In this document: in pieces, positions 62,762 to 64,000 of the stretch
Position numbering within the stretch: the stretch's first letter is position 1
How the letters are laid out: every line of letters begins with the position of its first letter
NCBI RefSeq assembly: GCF_018977255.1
Contig: NW_024704743.1
Location: 113,276,001 to 113,340,000 of the forward strand
Reading direction: 5' to 3'
Source of the DNA: Callorhinchus milii
Taxonomy: Eukaryota
Length of the DNA stretch: 64,000 bases
Notes under the pieces: generated by a model
Databases searched by the model: none
Told to the model about the DNA's origin: nothing
Seen by the model: only the letters and a program-made list of their open reading frames with translations
Made by a program: the position numbers and the translations under genes

Positions 62762-63377
62762 CTGAGAAAAGCAGTTTTCTACATAAGAAATTTCAACTGA
62801 TCTGGATGGTTTAAACGAAAGGCACATATATACAAAGGTACAGTGAACTCCTGATAAGACTCTGCCTCATATTTTCTGCATTTTCTCCTGTGAAATTTTT
62901 CTATTTTTTGTTACAGCTTTTTCTGCCTTGTCTAGATTTTGTTAGTCTCTGGCAAAGTTTGCACAGTGCATGCTTCTGTTGCCTTCTGTTGTAGATTTGA
63001 GTCTGAGTTTAAGCCATTGTCAGCAGGTGAAACGGGAAGGAGTTTAAAGACTCGACATCAAGATATTTCTGTTCATTCTAACTTGGCGTGTGAGTGAGAT
63101 ACGCATACAATTGGGGGAGCCAAAGATTAGGCTGGGAAAGCATTAGAATCTAACAGTAAAAGCTATAAACCTCAGAGATTGTACATGGCGTCCCTGTATT
63201 CCTCCTGTGTGCTGTGTATTCGCCCTCTGCGCTGTGTATGCGAATGACACACATTCTGCCTCCACCATTAATTCCATGTCGCTGTCTCTTCCAACAGTCG
63301 ACCTGTCAGATGGCAAGTCTCGTCAGTCACTAAGTGCTGTCTCCCTCCCTGCTCCGGCTACTACTCACTTTGTAAAA

Positions 63378-63692
63378 TGGAGCCCTGTAGCTCAGTGGTT
63401 AGAGCACTCGCCTCGCAAGTGAGAGACCTGGGTTTGATTCCTGGCAGGGTGAAAGCTTGGGCAAGTTTCCTTACTCCACATGCTTGATAATAATCCCTCA
63501 AGAAAACAAACCAAAAAATATAATTTGGTCACTGAATCCATGATTGTTTGTGGGACACTGCTGTGCGCAATTGGCTGCCGCGTTGTGCCCACAAATGTAG
63601 AGTCAGTTTACTTTACAGTCCATTCTGTGAAGCGCTTTGAGACGTCTCGAAGACATGAAAAGCCCTATATCAAATGCAAGGATTATTATTAT
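63378..63692 (+). mobile_element. tRNA-SINE family A, short form
   Basis: TGGAGCCCTGTAGCTCAGTGGTTAGAGCACTCGCCTCGCAAG... through the tail. Confidence 0.93.
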
Positions 63693-63892
63693 ATCATCAT
63701 GTTGTCAATACCCTACCTGTTTCCTCTGCAAAATGAGAATAAGGGCCCCCCACCCCCATCTATTTCATCACTCCGCTTATAACATACAGTCACATTCTGT
63801 ACATCCCAGTGAGTAATATCGGATATATGATCAGAACAAACTTACGTGCATTGCTAAAACAGCCGCGTGCTGGGATCTCTCATCCCACTTAC

Positions 63893-63965
63893 CGAACTCG
63901 TGGGAAAAGTTTGCCCTTGCCCTCAGCCATCACGTACTCAGCTATTTTGGCTGTTTTGGCAAAAT
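63893..63965 (-). CDS. Candidate internal coding exon, xFAKTAKIAEYVMAEGKGKLFPRVR, of an unidentified gene
   Basis: 73 nt between acceptor TTTCTACTCACAG and donor CG|GTAAGT; only one of the three frames is open. Confidence 0.4.
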
Positions 63966-64000
63966 CTGTGAGTAGAAATTTTAGATTTTGCTTTCTGTGA

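Overview
Eukaryotic, AT-rich, essentially non-coding vertebrate DNA. The repeat families (L2 LINEs with (TTG)n tails, tRNA-Ala-derived SINEs with (ATT)n tails, Deu-domain SINEs, shark-type CR1 and Penelope-like ends) point to a cartilaginous fish, probably a holocephalan such as Callorhinchus; this species call is inference. Nearly all long ORFs belong to decayed L2 copies (APE endonuclease + RT) or their antisense frames. Three large L2 copies (3196-5661, 49531-51217, 55191-57641) together allow reconstruction of an approximately 3.3-kb single-ORF element. The window also has about 9 near-complete copies of one tRNA-SINE family (long and short forms), several Deu-SINEs, CR1 relics, a pogo/Tigger-type MITE, a Penelope-like insert with a 13-bp TSD, and microsatellites. 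The only host-gene evidence is a tentative, unidentified pair of last exons on the minus strand at the right edge (63965-63893 and 62761 leftward, with AATAAA). The most notable structural pattern is recurrent fold-back palindromes or templated insertions at retroposon 5' junctions. No CRISPR, rRNA or true tRNA genes were found.
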